From a virus (lineage: Duplodnaviria; Caudoviricetes): a stretch of 39,956 nucleotides of DNA. Within the stretch, counting starts at the first letter, position 1. Every line of letters begins with the position of its first letter. Where the stretch lies: the IMG/VR virus record IMGVR_UViG_3300037851_000214, positions 1-39,956 of that record. One strand, 5' to 3'. The notes beneath the pieces were generated by a model. It was not told the origin of the DNA. It made no database searches and worked only from the letters and a program-made list of their open reading frames with translations. The position numbers and the translations under genes were made by a program. Below, one piece after another: positions 1-9,107 of the stretch.

Positions 1-114
1 GTACTCAGATCCAGGATCTGGATGCCATCGTAGTAAACGATCAGGCGTAATCTTAACATATAGGGGGGAGGGCAACCTCCCCTTTAATAAAAGATCATGG
101 CGAAAGCAAAAACA
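1..114. repeat. Terminal overlap, copy 1 (matches 39843-39956)
   Basis: 113/114 identity; G8 vs A39850. Confidence 0.97.
62..85 (+). terminator. Hairpin/weak intrinsic terminator after major capsid gene
   Basis: GGGGAGG-GCAA-CCTCCCC followed by TTT. Confidence 0.6.
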
Positions 115-342
115 AATGATGCTGCTGAAGCAGCCCAACAGATAGATCCTAAAGCAGGTCACACATTCAAGCTGGGTAAAGTCCAGTATAAGTATGTGCT
201 GCCTAAGTTCATCATACCTGGTGTAGGTCTCCGCACGGCGCTTGAAGCCTGCAGTGATGATACCAAATATCCTGAACTGGGTGGTCAAACCATCAATGAG
301 TACCTGGTGGAGGTGAAGTCTGGCTGCATCGCAGAATCTTAA
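97..342 (+). CDS. Small virion-associated hypothetical protein
   Basis: 81-aa ORF between capsid and putative tail tube genes; A-rich initiation region. Confidence 0.75.
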   Translation: MAKAKTNDAAEAAQQIDPKAGHTFKLGKVQYKYVLPKFIIPGVGLRTALEACSDDTKYPELGGQTINEYLVEVKSGCIAES

Positions 343-361
343 CCCATAAAAACTTAATACA

Positions 362-907
362 GTGGCATTTAATTTTTCAAACATTACCCCCGCAATTGCA
401 TCGGAAGCGGATGTGATGCCAGGGCACTCAGACATAGCGCTGTTCGCCCCCATCTATGAGTTCACAACCATTGCTACCCCGGCAGCATGGGCGGCAGCTG
501 GTGACTCCAAAAAGATCACTACGGCACACACCTTTGCCGCGTTGAAAGGGTTTGCCCAGCTGAAATCCAAATCCGGAAGGGTAAGGGAAGAAGGCTCCAA
601 CGCAGTTGGCGAAAAGGGCGGGCTCGTTCCTGTGTACCAGTACATCATCACGGTGAAAGGTCAGTCAGCAGTGATCGAGGAGTGGCTGGAAGAGGCCATG
701 AACCTGGAAGGTATCTGGCTGTTCAACTCACCAGAGTGTGGCGTCAACGAGTACATCCAGCTGGGATCATCTTGCAACCCAGCAGAGATCAGCGCGTACA
801 CTTCCAAAAGTGGTTCACGCAATGACGGCGGAGTGCGTGAGTACGAGATCACCATCCAGTCTAATGACAAGTACTGGTATTCCGGTACGGTCACCGTTAA
901 GGCTTAG
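362..907 (+). CDS. Putative major tail tube protein
   Basis: 181 aa, beta-rich pattern, ends in YSG-like tube-protein terminus, follows capsid gene and precedes a terminator. Confidence 0.6.
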   Translation: MAFNFSNITPAIASEADVMPGHSDIALFAPIYEFTTIATPAAWAAAGDSKKITTAHTFAALKGFAQLKSKSGRVREEGSNAVGEKGGLVPVYQYIITVKGQSAVIEEWLEEAMNLEGIWLFNSPECGVNEYIQLGSSCNPAEISAYTSKSGSRNDGGVREYEITIQSNDKYWYSGTVTVKA

Positions 908-937
908 CAGTTGTAGCCTGTTTTAACCATAACTAAG

Positions 938-963
938 ACCGGGGAGTGATCCCCGGTTTTTTC
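938..963 (+). terminator. Intrinsic terminator
   Basis: ACCGGGGA-GTGA-TCCCCGGT plus T-tract. Confidence 0.8.
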
Positions 964-975
964 AAAACCAACCAT

Positions 976-1179
976 ATGCAAGATTTTGAATTCAAGCATC
1001 CGGATGTAGCGGCCAACTATGAAGCCGTTGATACTCCCCGTGATTTTAAGATCCGCGTACCCCAGGCCAACTGGCCAAAGCGCGGTGAGATTGGAATGTT
1101 CTCTGATATCACCCCGGAAGTAGCTGAGCAGCTGATCAAAGAGGGATATAACCGTATAAAGGTCAAAAGCCAGGACTGA
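976..1179 (+). CDS. Hypothetical protein (67 aa; start reassigned to ATG 976)
   Basis: ORF-track GTG 946 lies inside the terminator; ATG 976 follows CAAAACCAACCAT. Confidence 0.65.
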   Translation: MQDFEFKHPDVAANYEAVDTPRDFKIRVPQANWPKRGEIGMFSDITPEVAEQLIKEGYNRIKVKSQD

Positions 1180-1336
1180 TTTTTAGCTTCAAACCCCGCG
1201 CCCAACGTGGGGTTTGATATTTCCATGGTGTTTTCACCATTTTCTCAATGTTTTTTCCTACCCGCCCAGGGCTTTGATTGAAGCATCTTTGTAAGCCTGG
1301 GCCAATAACCTTTTTTGTTAACCTAAACCCAATCCG

Positions 1337-1498
1337 ATGGCCCAGGAATTAGAGGATCAGTTGTTATTGGAATTGATCCGCGAGAATGCTCAATCGATTA
1401 AAACAGCCCTGGTATTTGCCCTTTCAGAGAATGAGGGCACGTTAGAAGATCCAGGCATTATTTTTCAGCTCTATTCGCTGATCGATCAGCTCAACTAA
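1337..1498 (+). CDS. Small acidic helical protein, 53 aa (not in ORF track)
   Basis: MAQELEDQLLLELIRENAQSIKTALVFALSENEGTLEDPGIIFQLYSLIDQLN; AC-rich leader and own terminator. Confidence 0.6.
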   Translation: MAQELEDQLLLELIRENAQSIKTALVFALSENEGTLEDPGIIFQLYSLIDQLN

Positions 1499-1522
1499 AA
1501 AGCCTATCCCTCGGGCTTTTTT
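1497..1522. terminator. Possible bidirectional terminator
   Basis: AAAAAGCCT-ATCCCTC-GGGCTTTTTT. Confidence 0.6.
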
Positions 1523-1524
1523 CA

Positions 1525-1560
1525 TGTCCTTTCATTCCAGAATTTCCTGTACCAAATTGC
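1525..1560 (+). promoter_or_regulatory. Late-promoter-like motif, copy 1
   Basis: TGTCCTTTCA (1525) ... AAATTGC (1554-1560), ATG at 1565. Confidence 0.75.
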
Positions 1561-1564
1561 TATC

Positions 1565-1945
1565 ATGGTGAACTATGATGTGGCAAATGCAAGGATAGTG
1601 GGATGGTCAAAAGACACCCTCACCAAACTGAAGTCAGAGATCAACGCACAGGGCATCAGGCACGCTGCCAATTCAAGATCTCCAAAGGCAGCGGAGAAAT
1701 CCCTGGTGACACGCACACCAAAAAAAGCAGGATTGATTGAACGGGTGAGCTATATCATGCCCCGGCACATGATCTTCGTGCATAAAGGGGTAGGGCGCGG
1801 CACAAAGATCTCACAGGTAGGCAACACCAAACGCAAAGCCAAGCCATGGTTCAACCCCGTGATTGAAGCCAACATAGATCAGTTGGCAGATATTGTTGCA
1901 GAAGAAATAGGATCGGGAATAGTCAATAACATTTTAATCAGATAA
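1565..1945 (+). CDS. Putative neck/tail-completion protein (HK97 gp10-like)
   Basis: Basic 126-aa protein with KAKPWFNP motif, directly before the tape measure gene. Confidence 0.55.
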   Translation: MVNYDVANARIVGWSKDTLTKLKSEINAQGIRHAANSRSPKAAEKSLVTRTPKKAGLIERVSYIMPRHMIFVHKGVGRGTKISQVGNTKRKAKPWFNPVIEANIDQLADIVAEEIGSGIVNNILIR

Positions 1946-1946
1946 G

Positions 1947-4625
1947 ATGGCAGATGTAGTAGTGAATCGGCGGGTCAATATTTACATTGACGAAACAGCC
2001 GGTGCCGTGGCGCTGGAAAGGCTGACCAAGAAAGAAAATGAACTGGTTGCTGCTATTGAGAAAGGCAAGAAAGCTGGCAAGGATCTTACCAAAGAGATGA
2101 ACTTGCTGGCTGAGACCCAGACAAAGATCAAAGGGGTCAAAGATGTGCTGGATGGTAAGGTGCTGCCATCGGTGAGGCAGGCAGAGGCGGCAGTGGGTAG
2201 GCTTCGCCGTGAGCTGCGTAATCTTCCAGCTGACAGTGAAGCTGCCGGGAGAAAACTGCAGGAGCTGAAGAAAGCAGAAGCCACGCTGATCCAGGTGAAG
2301 AATGCGGTAAATGGGGTGGATAATTCGCTGAAGAATGTAGCACAGGGGAGCGGTCTGAAGCAGCTGGCAAACTTTGCTGGCGGGGCATTCATTGGTGGTG
2401 GATTGCTGGGTGTGGTGCAGGGTCTTAGCTCAGGATTACAGGCATTTTTTTCAGGGGCCGTGGAAGAAGCACTGGCAGCAGAGGAAGCCACGGCGAGGTT
2501 TAAGGCACAGCTGGAAAACCTTGGGCGGCTTGATGTATTTGAAAGGCTTACTCAGACCGCAAATGATCTGGCAACAGAGCTGGGATTCCTGGATAACGAT
2601 GACATAGTAGGCGTATTTGAAAAGCTGATAGATTACGGCAAGCTCACAGAGCAACAGATCAATGATCTGATCCCCGTGATCATTGACTTTGCCGCCAAGC
2701 AACGGATAGACTTATCAGAAGCCTCCAACGTTGTAGTGAAAGCACTGGAAGGAAATGGCAAGGCGCTCAAAACATACGGCATTGATATCAAGGATGCCAA
2801 GGATGTAACAGAAGCCTTTGGCGTGATCATGGATCAGCTACGCCCCAAGGTAGCGGGTGCCGCCAAAGAGTTTGGCGAAACCACAGCCGGGCAGATTAGG
2901 AGAACACAGCAGGAAATTAAGAACCTGCAGGAAGAGATCGGCACTAACCTGTTGCCGTTCCTTCAGAAATATTACCAGGGAGTTTCCCAGTTGACAAAAG
3001 CAATAGGAGACCTGTTCAGGGATGGAACCATCTTTGGCGGTGAGACACAGCTGGGTGCCAATATCCGCACGCGCCAGGAATTCCTTGAAAGCCTGGTAGA
3101 TGATTTTCAGCAAAAGAATAAGCAGGAACAGGAAACCGCTATTAAAGCTCAGCAGTTAAGGATCAGAACGCTGGGAGAAGAAGTTAAACAGGCACGGGGT
3201 CAGCAGAAGATTGATAGGAAAAAGGAATTTGATGAAGAGGTAGCGCTGTTCAATAAGTTTGTCGAGCTATATAAGAAGATCCCAGATGTATCGGTAATTG
3301 GTACGGGTACCCGCACAGCAAACCAAAGCGGTACACCAAAAGCAGATAAGAAAGATGATCCGAAAAAACAGCTGGATGAACTGACTAAAAAATATGAAGA
3401 GTTCGCCAATCGTACAGAGGAAGCAACTGCACCCATTCTCGCTGCCTTCAGGAAGATCAATGAAGCAGCTGCTGAAGATATCAAAACCGTAAACGAAGCA
3501 CTCAGGGCCAACATCATCTCACCGGAGGAAGCACAGAAAGCCCTGGCACTGATCGAGCGTGTGCTGAACCAGCAGCGTGAAGCCCTGCAGAAGAAATTCG
3601 GATTGGGTGATAGTCCACTGGGGCAAACCCCGATAGACATTCCGGTTGAGCAGCGGTTCGATAAAGATGCAGAGCTGGGAGCCAAAGAGCTTGGCAAAAA
3701 GATCGGTGAAAAGATCCAGGAAGGAGTCAATGAAGTACTGAACAGCGGTGAAGTTGACCCGGTAAAAGATTGGATCGAAAAGAATGCAGAGGAAATTGAC
3801 CAGGCTTTCCAGATTGCTTCAGAACTCACGGGATTATTTGCCAACATCGGTGAGATCCGCAGCAATGCAGAAGAGGCTGCCTTTCAAAAAGAGGTTGCCA
3901 ATAACGATAAGCGCAAAGAGTCAGCCCGGAAACTCTATGAGTCCAAGCTGATCAGCCAGAAGGAATATGATCGCCGGGTGGCACAGATTGAAAAGCAGCA
4001 GGAAGCCCGTGAGAAAGAACTGAGGAAAAAACAGTTTGAGCGTGATAAGAACACAGCCACGGCACAGGCACTGATCAACGGAGCCAATGCACAGCTCACC
4101 ACGCTGGCAAAATTTGGCGCACCCATACCACCAAACTTTTTGGGTATTGCTGCCAATGCCCTGACTCTCGCCCTAACCGCAGCCAACGTGATCGCCATCC
4201 GTACACAGAAACCTCCAGAGTTTGAAAAAGGTGGATTCGTGCCACAGGGTTCATCTCATAAACAGGGTGGAATTGCCCTCGTGGATAACAGAACCGGGGC
4301 AACCGTAGGCGAAGTGGAAGGAGGTGAGCCAATCATCAGTAAAAAAGTATATGCCCGTAATAAGCCTCTAATTGATTCGCTGATCTCTCAGGGCAGTGGA
4401 CTCAGCATGAACATACCGAGGCTCAATAATTCCTTTAAGACGGTCTATGAAACCGGTGGCTTTATTCCATCCGCTGGTGGGGGAGATAACAGTGAGCTGC
4501 TGACAGCGATCAACAACCTGAACGTGATCTTGAGCAAACCGCTGCGCTCCAACGTGATCTATGGGGAGTATGAAGAGAAAGCGGATCTCATTGATAATAT
4601 CCGGGCGCAGTCGATGGTTAGCTAA
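1947..4625 (+). CDS. Tail tape measure protein
   Basis: 892 aa, long Ala/Glu/Lys coiled coils, Gly-rich hydrophobic segments, C-terminal FEKGG/GPSH-like/EGGE motifs. Confidence 0.9.
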   Translation: MADVVVNRRVNIYIDETAGAVALERLTKKENELVAAIEKGKKAGKDLTKEMNLLAETQTKIKGVKDVLDGKVLPSVRQAEAAVGRLRRELRNLPADSEAAGRKLQELKKAEATLIQVKNAVNGVDNSLKNVAQGSGLKQLANFAGGAFIGGGLLGVVQGLSSGLQAFFSGAVEEALAAEEATARFKAQLENLGRLDVFERLTQTANDLATELGFLDNDDIVGVFEKLIDYGKLTEQQINDLIPVIIDFAAKQRIDLSEASNVVVKALEGNGKALKTYGIDIKDAKDVTEAFGVIMDQLRPKVAGAAKEFGETTAGQIRRTQQEIKNLQEEIGTNLLPFLQKYYQGVSQLTKAIGDLFRDGTIFGGETQLGANIRTRQEFLESLVDDFQQKNKQEQETAIKAQQLRIRTLGEEVKQARGQQKIDRKKEFDEEVALFNKFVELYKKIPDVSVIGTGTRTANQSGTPKADKKDDPKKQLDELTKKYEEFANRTEEATAPILAAFRKINEAAAEDIKTVNEALRANIISPEEAQKALALIERVLNQQREALQKKFGLGDSPLGQTPIDIPVEQRFDKDAELGAKELGKKIGEKIQEGVNEVLNSGEVDPVKDWIEKNAEEIDQAFQIASELTGLFANIGEIRSNAEEAAFQKEVANNDKRKESARKLYESKLISQKEYDRRVAQIEKQQEAREKELRKKQFERDKNTATAQALINGANAQLTTLAKFGAPIPPNFLGIAANALTLALTAANVIAIRTQKPPEFEKGGFVPQGSSHKQGGIALVDNRTGATVGEVEGGEPIISKKVYARNKPLIDSLISQGSGLSMNIPRLNNSFKTVYETGGFIPSAGGGDNSELLTAINNLNVILSKPLRSNVIYGEYEEKADLIDNIRAQSMVS

Positions 4626-4672
4626 TATTTGCTACTACCTTTGACTGACAGGTGGCCGGTTCGCTTCAAACT

Positions 4673-4719
4673 TGCTCCGATTTGGGGATATTTCATTCTT
4701 TTATCCCCAAATCGGAGCA
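4673..4719. repeat. Perfect 18-bp inverted repeat with 11-nt spacer
   Basis: TGCTCCGATTTGGGGATA (4673-4690) / TATCCCCAAATCGGAGCA (4702-4719). Confidence 0.92.
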
Positions 4720-4753
4720 GTAAATTAGCAGGGACGCTTGAAAATATATTATC

Positions 4754-4948
4754 ATGCCATATGGACATTACATTTTTATCACAGAGCCAACCAATGATGA
4801 TAGCTTTGAAGAGAATAAAAAAGCTCTCAGGGAGTTGATTGAGAAAATAAGCAAAGAAAATGGGTGTGGAGTTAAAGTAGTTCCACATGACCAAGCCATT
4901 AGCCCTTATGATAGTCAGCCTACTTTTATGGCTTCACATATGGTTTGA
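4754..4948 (+). CDS. Hypothetical moron protein (64 aa)
   Basis: AT-rich insert between tape measure gene and portal operon. Confidence 0.5.
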   Translation: MPYGHYIFITEPTNDDSFEENKKALRELIEKISKENGCGVKVVPHDQAISPYDSQPTFMASHMV

Positions 4949-4951
4949 CCA

Positions 4952-5143
4952 ATGAAAATTAATCTTCCCAGTGTTCTTTTCCCATTGCGTGAAAAGCGTG
5001 AAGTTGAGATTGCAAATTCAGCTCTTCACCGACAATTTTTGATACTGATTCTACAGGATAAGTCATTTGATCTTGCACTAAAGGAGAGAACGCGCCGTAT
5101 TCTCAGAGATCTACTTGTCGCTTTGCCAGTTCATCTATCATAG
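4952..5143 (+). CDS. Hypothetical moron protein (63 aa, basic/Leu-rich)
   Basis: Starts 3 nt after the preceding ORF; ends just before a strong terminator. Confidence 0.45.
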   Translation: MKINLPSVLFPLREKREVEIANSALHRQFLILILQDKSFDLALKERTRRILRDLLVALPVHLS

Positions 5144-5157
5144 CCCCCAGCAGAGCG

Positions 5158-5178
5158 CCGCCTTCGGGCGGTTTTTTT
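5158..5178 (+). terminator. Intrinsic terminator
   Basis: CCGCC-TTCG-GGCGG-T7. Confidence 0.9.
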
Positions 5179-5214
5179 GTCCTTTCAACAGACATTTCAC
5201 TATGTGAAATTTAC
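5178..5214 (+). promoter_or_regulatory. Late-promoter-like motif, copy 2
   Basis: TGTCCTTTCA (5178) ... AAATTTAC (5207-5214), GTG at 5219. Confidence 0.72.
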
Positions 5215-5218
5215 CTCA

Positions 5219-5530
5219 GTGAACAACGTAATTGAACTATATGAAGCGATACAACTAATCGACACCGGGGAGCCGTTCAGCCTCACCTACGTGACCGCTG
5301 ACCGCAACAAAGGCACTGGCGGCCAGATCAAAAAAGTAACCAACTGGGTAAAATGCGATCTGGCCACCGTTCCTGAACCGATCCTCAGAAGGAACAAAAT
5401 GTTTGAGGCATCAAAGAACCCCAACCACCAGCAGCATAAAACGAAAAACATTATGAACCCGGCCACCAGAGACATCAGGAAGGTTCATGTGAGATTGATA
5501 ACAGAGTTCAACGGAAAACGTGTAGTATGA
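5219..5530 (+). CDS. Hypothetical protein preceding portal (start reassigned to GTG 5219)
   Basis: TTG 5177 lies in the terminator/promoter; ATGA overlap with portal gene. Confidence 0.75.
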   Translation: MNNVIELYEAIQLIDTGEPFSLTYVTADRNKGTGGQIKKVTNWVKCDLATVPEPILRRNKMFEASKNPNHQQHKTKNIMNPATRDIRKVHVRLITEFNGKRVV

Positions 5531-6864
5531 TCATGCATAACGGCATCGGCTTTTCTAATCGCGGAGTGGCATTTGTGGCCATGTCGGGCGATCCCAACCA
5601 GGCAGCTCCCAAAGAGCCGAAAGAAATAGAGCTTTTTGAAAACCAAGATCCATGGGCAAGGTGGGGACAGAACAACCTGCTGCCCAAAGAAATGACCGAT
5701 GATATCGAATCCTGTGGGGTATTGATGGCAGCCATTGATGGCAAGGCCCGTTTCGGATTGGGAAGAGGCGTGAAGCCTTTCCGGTTGATAGAGGTAAAGC
5801 CCAATGGCGAAGAGGTACTGGAACCCATCAACAACCCTGAGATAGAGGAATGGCTGGAAGAATCAAATCTCTTCCTGCAATCCTTTGGACTGCTTAAAGA
5901 CATCATAGGATTTGCCAACTACCATGTGCGCCTGAAGTTCAACAACAAAGGTGATAAGATAGGGCTGATGATCCGCGATGATGTCACCGAAATGCGCTAC
6001 CAGAAGAAAGACGAAAAAGGCCGCATCTACAAAACATACCTCTGTGCTGATTGGAGCAAACTTCCGAAAGAGTCAGACGGATCACTGATCAAAACAGACT
6101 TGCTGCCTGAGATCGGCACAGCCTCTTACCTCACCAGCATGAGCGCTGACCAGCGCCGGGCCAAAGAGTTTGCCATCACGGGTAGAGTACCCGGATGGAA
6201 CCGTCACTACTACTCCATGCCAACATGGTATGCCGCCAAGAAATGGGTGGACATCGCCAAGAACGTGCCTACGATGAAGGCCACTATGTTCAAGAATAAC
6301 ATCCGCATCAAGTACATCGTCACCATCTATGACAGCTACTGGTCAAGGGTGTTCGGGGATGAATGGAACGGGTACGACCTGCAAACGAAAGAAACGAAAC
6401 GTGCAGAGGTCTATGATGCCATTGACAAGTACCTGGTGGGGAATGACAATGCCTATAAGTCCATATTCGTATCCGGCAGTTTTGACCCTATCACGGGCAA
6501 AACCGCTTCCGATATAGAGATCAAGCCCATTGAAGATTCAACCGTACAGGGAGAACTTTTACCAGACAGCGCTGCCGCCAATAGTGAGATCCTCTTTGCC
6601 TTAATGATGAACCCGGCATTGATGGGAGCCGACACGCCAGGCGGCCCTTATAGCGGCGGCGCAGGATCTGGTTCAAACATCCGTGAAGCTGCCCTTGTGC
6701 AGGTCATGATCCAGGAATTTGAAAGGCAACAACTTTCCCGGATCCTCAACATTGTCAAAAAGGTCAATGGGTGGCCTGCTGACATCGTTTGGAGGTTTCC
6801 GGGACTTGTTCTCACTACCCTTGACACAGGAAAATCTACTAAAGAAGTAACAACCGGAGGTTAA
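5527..6864 (+). CDS. Portal protein
   Basis: 445 aa; WG..NL.P N-terminal motif, YYSMP.W, GSGSNIREA motif as seen in Bacteroidota phage portals. Confidence 0.8.
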   Translation: MIMHNGIGFSNRGVAFVAMSGDPNQAAPKEPKEIELFENQDPWARWGQNNLLPKEMTDDIESCGVLMAAIDGKARFGLGRGVKPFRLIEVKPNGEEVLEPINNPEIEEWLEESNLFLQSFGLLKDIIGFANYHVRLKFNNKGDKIGLMIRDDVTEMRYQKKDEKGRIYKTYLCADWSKLPKESDGSLIKTDLLPEIGTASYLTSMSADQRRAKEFAITGRVPGWNRHYYSMPTWYAAKKWVDIAKNVPTMKATMFKNNIRIKYIVTIYDSYWSRVFGDEWNGYDLQTKETKRAEVYDAIDKYLVGNDNAYKSIFVSGSFDPITGKTASDIEIKPIEDSTVQGELLPDSAAANSEILFALMMNPALMGADTPGGPYSGGAGSGSNIREAALVQVMIQEFERQQLSRILNIVKKVNGWPADIVWRFPGLVLTTLDTGKSTKEVTTGG

Positions 6865-6865
6865 T

Positions 6866-7846
6866 ATGCCACTGATCACATCCATACAGCAGGTGAAAGC
6901 AGTTTTGAGGATAGCGAGTGTGGACTCAGAAAGTTCGCTCCCTGATATTGCAGCAGCAGAGTATAACCATATCATCCCGCGCATCGGCAAAGAGCTGTAC
7001 AATGAGCTGCTGGCGGCATATGAGGGCAATACGATGACAGGCACTCAGAGCAACTTGCTTTTAAAAATCCAAAAGCCATTAGCCGCATTTGCCTACTATG
7101 ATGATCTGGATATGCACCATGCCATGATCACTGATGCTGGGGTAAGGCGAACATCTTCCGACAACATCCCTTCTGCCTACCGGTGGGAGTACGATAGTGT
7201 AAAAACCACGCTGGCACTAAAGGCACACCAGGGTATGGAAGAGCTACTGGATTGGCTGGAAGATAACAAAGCATCTTTCCCTACCTATACCGGATCTGAG
7301 GCATACACAAAGCGCAACCAGTACCTGATCAAGTCAGCAAAAGACTTTGATGATGTGTACCGGATCAGCCAGAAGAACAGAACCTATTTTGCCCTGCTGA
7401 ACATCATGGGCGATGTGGAGCTGCAGTATGTAGTGCCGCTGATTGGGGAAAGCTATTTTGCTGAACTGAAAGCACTGGTACCGCCAACCCCATTAGAAAC
7501 AAACGTCATACGTCATCTGAAAAGAGCCATTGCCCAATTCACGCTCTTCCATGCGTTTGAAAAAAACGCGGTGAAGATCACGGAGCAAGGGCCATCCATC
7601 TATGACCGCTACGCTGATCGGGGCGGGTCTGACCAGGCACAGCCTTCCGCTGACATGATGCGCTTTACCATGGATGCGCTTCAAAGGGATGGGCAGAACT
7701 GGCTGAAGCAGGCTAAAAAGGTACTGGATGCCAATGCCAGCCCCACCGTTTTTGCCAACTACTATACCAGCGAATACTACACCTCTCCCGATGTGGAGCA
7801 GGTGGATCACAATAAAGACCGTGGATTTTTCACCTTCATCAGATGA
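6866..7846 (+). CDS. Putative head-tail connector (DUF6712-like, internally duplicated)
   Basis: Two similar halves (I.P.IG.E.Y.EL twice); follows the portal gene. Confidence 0.6.
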   Translation: MPLITSIQQVKAVLRIASVDSESSLPDIAAAEYNHIIPRIGKELYNELLAAYEGNTMTGTQSNLLLKIQKPLAAFAYYDDLDMHHAMITDAGVRRTSSDNIPSAYRWEYDSVKTTLALKAHQGMEELLDWLEDNKASFPTYTGSEAYTKRNQYLIKSAKDFDDVYRISQKNRTYFALLNIMGDVELQYVVPLIGESYFAELKALVPPTPLETNVIRHLKRAIAQFTLFHAFEKNAVKITEQGPSIYDRYADRGGSDQAQPSADMMRFTMDALQRDGQNWLKQAKKVLDANASPTVFANYYTSEYYTSPDVEQVDHNKDRGFFTFIR

Positions 7847-8637
7847 GAGAGGCGGGTTTTCAAAAACAGGTCTATGCTGTTCCCGATGAATGGAACGAGA
7901 TCAGGCCCAGGAATTACCTGAAGCTGATGAAGGTGTTTTATTCTGAGTATGGGAACGAGCGCGGGCTGCTGATGCTGTTCAGGGCGCTGTTAGGAATCCC
8001 CTGGTGGAGGTTCTTTCAGATGCGTACACCCAACCTGATGAACGCTGCTGAAGATGCCACGGGTTTTCTGTTTGAAGCCAATACGCTTTCAAAGAACTTA
8101 CTCCCGGAATACCGGGGATATGCCGGGCCTGCTGACCATCTTTCCAACGTAAAAATGGGAGAGTTCTGCTATGCTGAATTCTTCCTTGGCGCGTACAACA
8201 AAACCAAAGAGCCTGAATACTTAAATAAACTGGTGGCCACGCTGTATCGGCCCAAGAAAAGCCGGTGGAAGTATGACCGCAAAAAGAATGTAGACGGTGA
8301 TCTCCGCATACCCTTCAACGCCAATACCATTGGCTACTATGAGAGGAAGGTAGGAAGATGGCCCATGCACGTTAAGCAGGCCATCCTGCATTTTTACAAC
8401 GGGGCGCGGGATGAAAAGATCAGAAGCAACCCCAAGGTATTTGATAACAACGGTGGAGAAGAGAGTTTATATGGGTTATGGTCTGTGATGCGCTCCATTG
8501 CACGCAGTGGCCACATGGGAGACCTGGATAAAGTACCTGAACAATACGTGGACACGGTGCTGATGGAACTGAATGAAACCGTGGCAGAGGCAGAGCGCAT
8601 CGAAATGGAGAGAAACAAAGTAACTGTGGAGCGATGA
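7843..8637 (+). CDS. Hypothetical morphogenesis protein
   Basis: P.EWNE and L.ATLYRP motifs; ATGA-coupled in the structural operon. Confidence 0.7.
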   Translation: MREAGFQKQVYAVPDEWNEIRPRNYLKLMKVFYSEYGNERGLLMLFRALLGIPWWRFFQMRTPNLMNAAEDATGFLFEANTLSKNLLPEYRGYAGPADHLSNVKMGEFCYAEFFLGAYNKTKEPEYLNKLVATLYRPKKSRWKYDRKKNVDGDLRIPFNANTIGYYERKVGRWPMHVKQAILHFYNGARDEKIRSNPKVFDNNGGEESLYGLWSVMRSIARSGHMGDLDKVPEQYVDTVLMELNETVAEAERIEMERNKVTVER

Positions 8638-9104
8638 CATATTTTGAGGACATAGAGAACTACATCAAAGACCTGTGCATCAAGCATAAAAAGCTGCTGC
8701 ATGGCAACGGGGGAGTGTCATTCATTCAACTTGGGATTGACGGTGAAACCACTACGGTGACCAACCGAAAAAAGACCTATCTGAGAATGATGGATGTCTC
8801 CGCCAGTGAGTTCAATGAGAGTGCACTGGTATGGGCGGTGCAGATGGCTTTCCTGTATGAGCTTCCCGCCATGCGTACCAACGCTGATGTGGACGCGGCT
8901 TCTAAACTTACCCAAGAGATCCTGTATGATTTCGCGGCACGGATAGAGGCGCAACTGGATGAGGGATGCTACTTTGTAAATAGATTACAAAGTGGAACAA
9001 TTGACCCGGTAGGCATCACGGATAACAGCGCCATTGGCTGGGCCTATACCTGGAGATTTTTGACAGACAAACCGAATTATAACGCAAACGCTTGGGAGGA
9101 ATAA
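8634..9104 (+). CDS. Putative tail terminator/completion protein
   Basis: 156-aa acidic protein with C-terminal GW.Y.W.F pattern. Confidence 0.45.
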   Translation: MTYFEDIENYIKDLCIKHKKLLHGNGGVSFIQLGIDGETTTVTNRKKTYLRMMDVSASEFNESALVWAVQMAFLYELPAMRTNADVDAASKLTQEILYDFAARIEAQLDEGCYFVNRLQSGTIDPVGITDNSAIGWAYTWRFLTDKPNYNANAWEE

Positions 9105-9107
9105 GAG

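Noticed and set aside
1-114. True virion direct terminal repeats
   Set aside because: The repeat cuts through genes and its length fits an assembly overlap
907-1947. Tail-chaperone programmed frameshift before the tape measure gene
   Set aside because: No convincing slippery heptamer with a continuing shifted ORF; terminators and a promoter intervene
1982-4332. Several antisense ORFs within the tape measure gene
   Set aside because: Ser/Phe/Leu-rich mirrors of Glu/Lys codons
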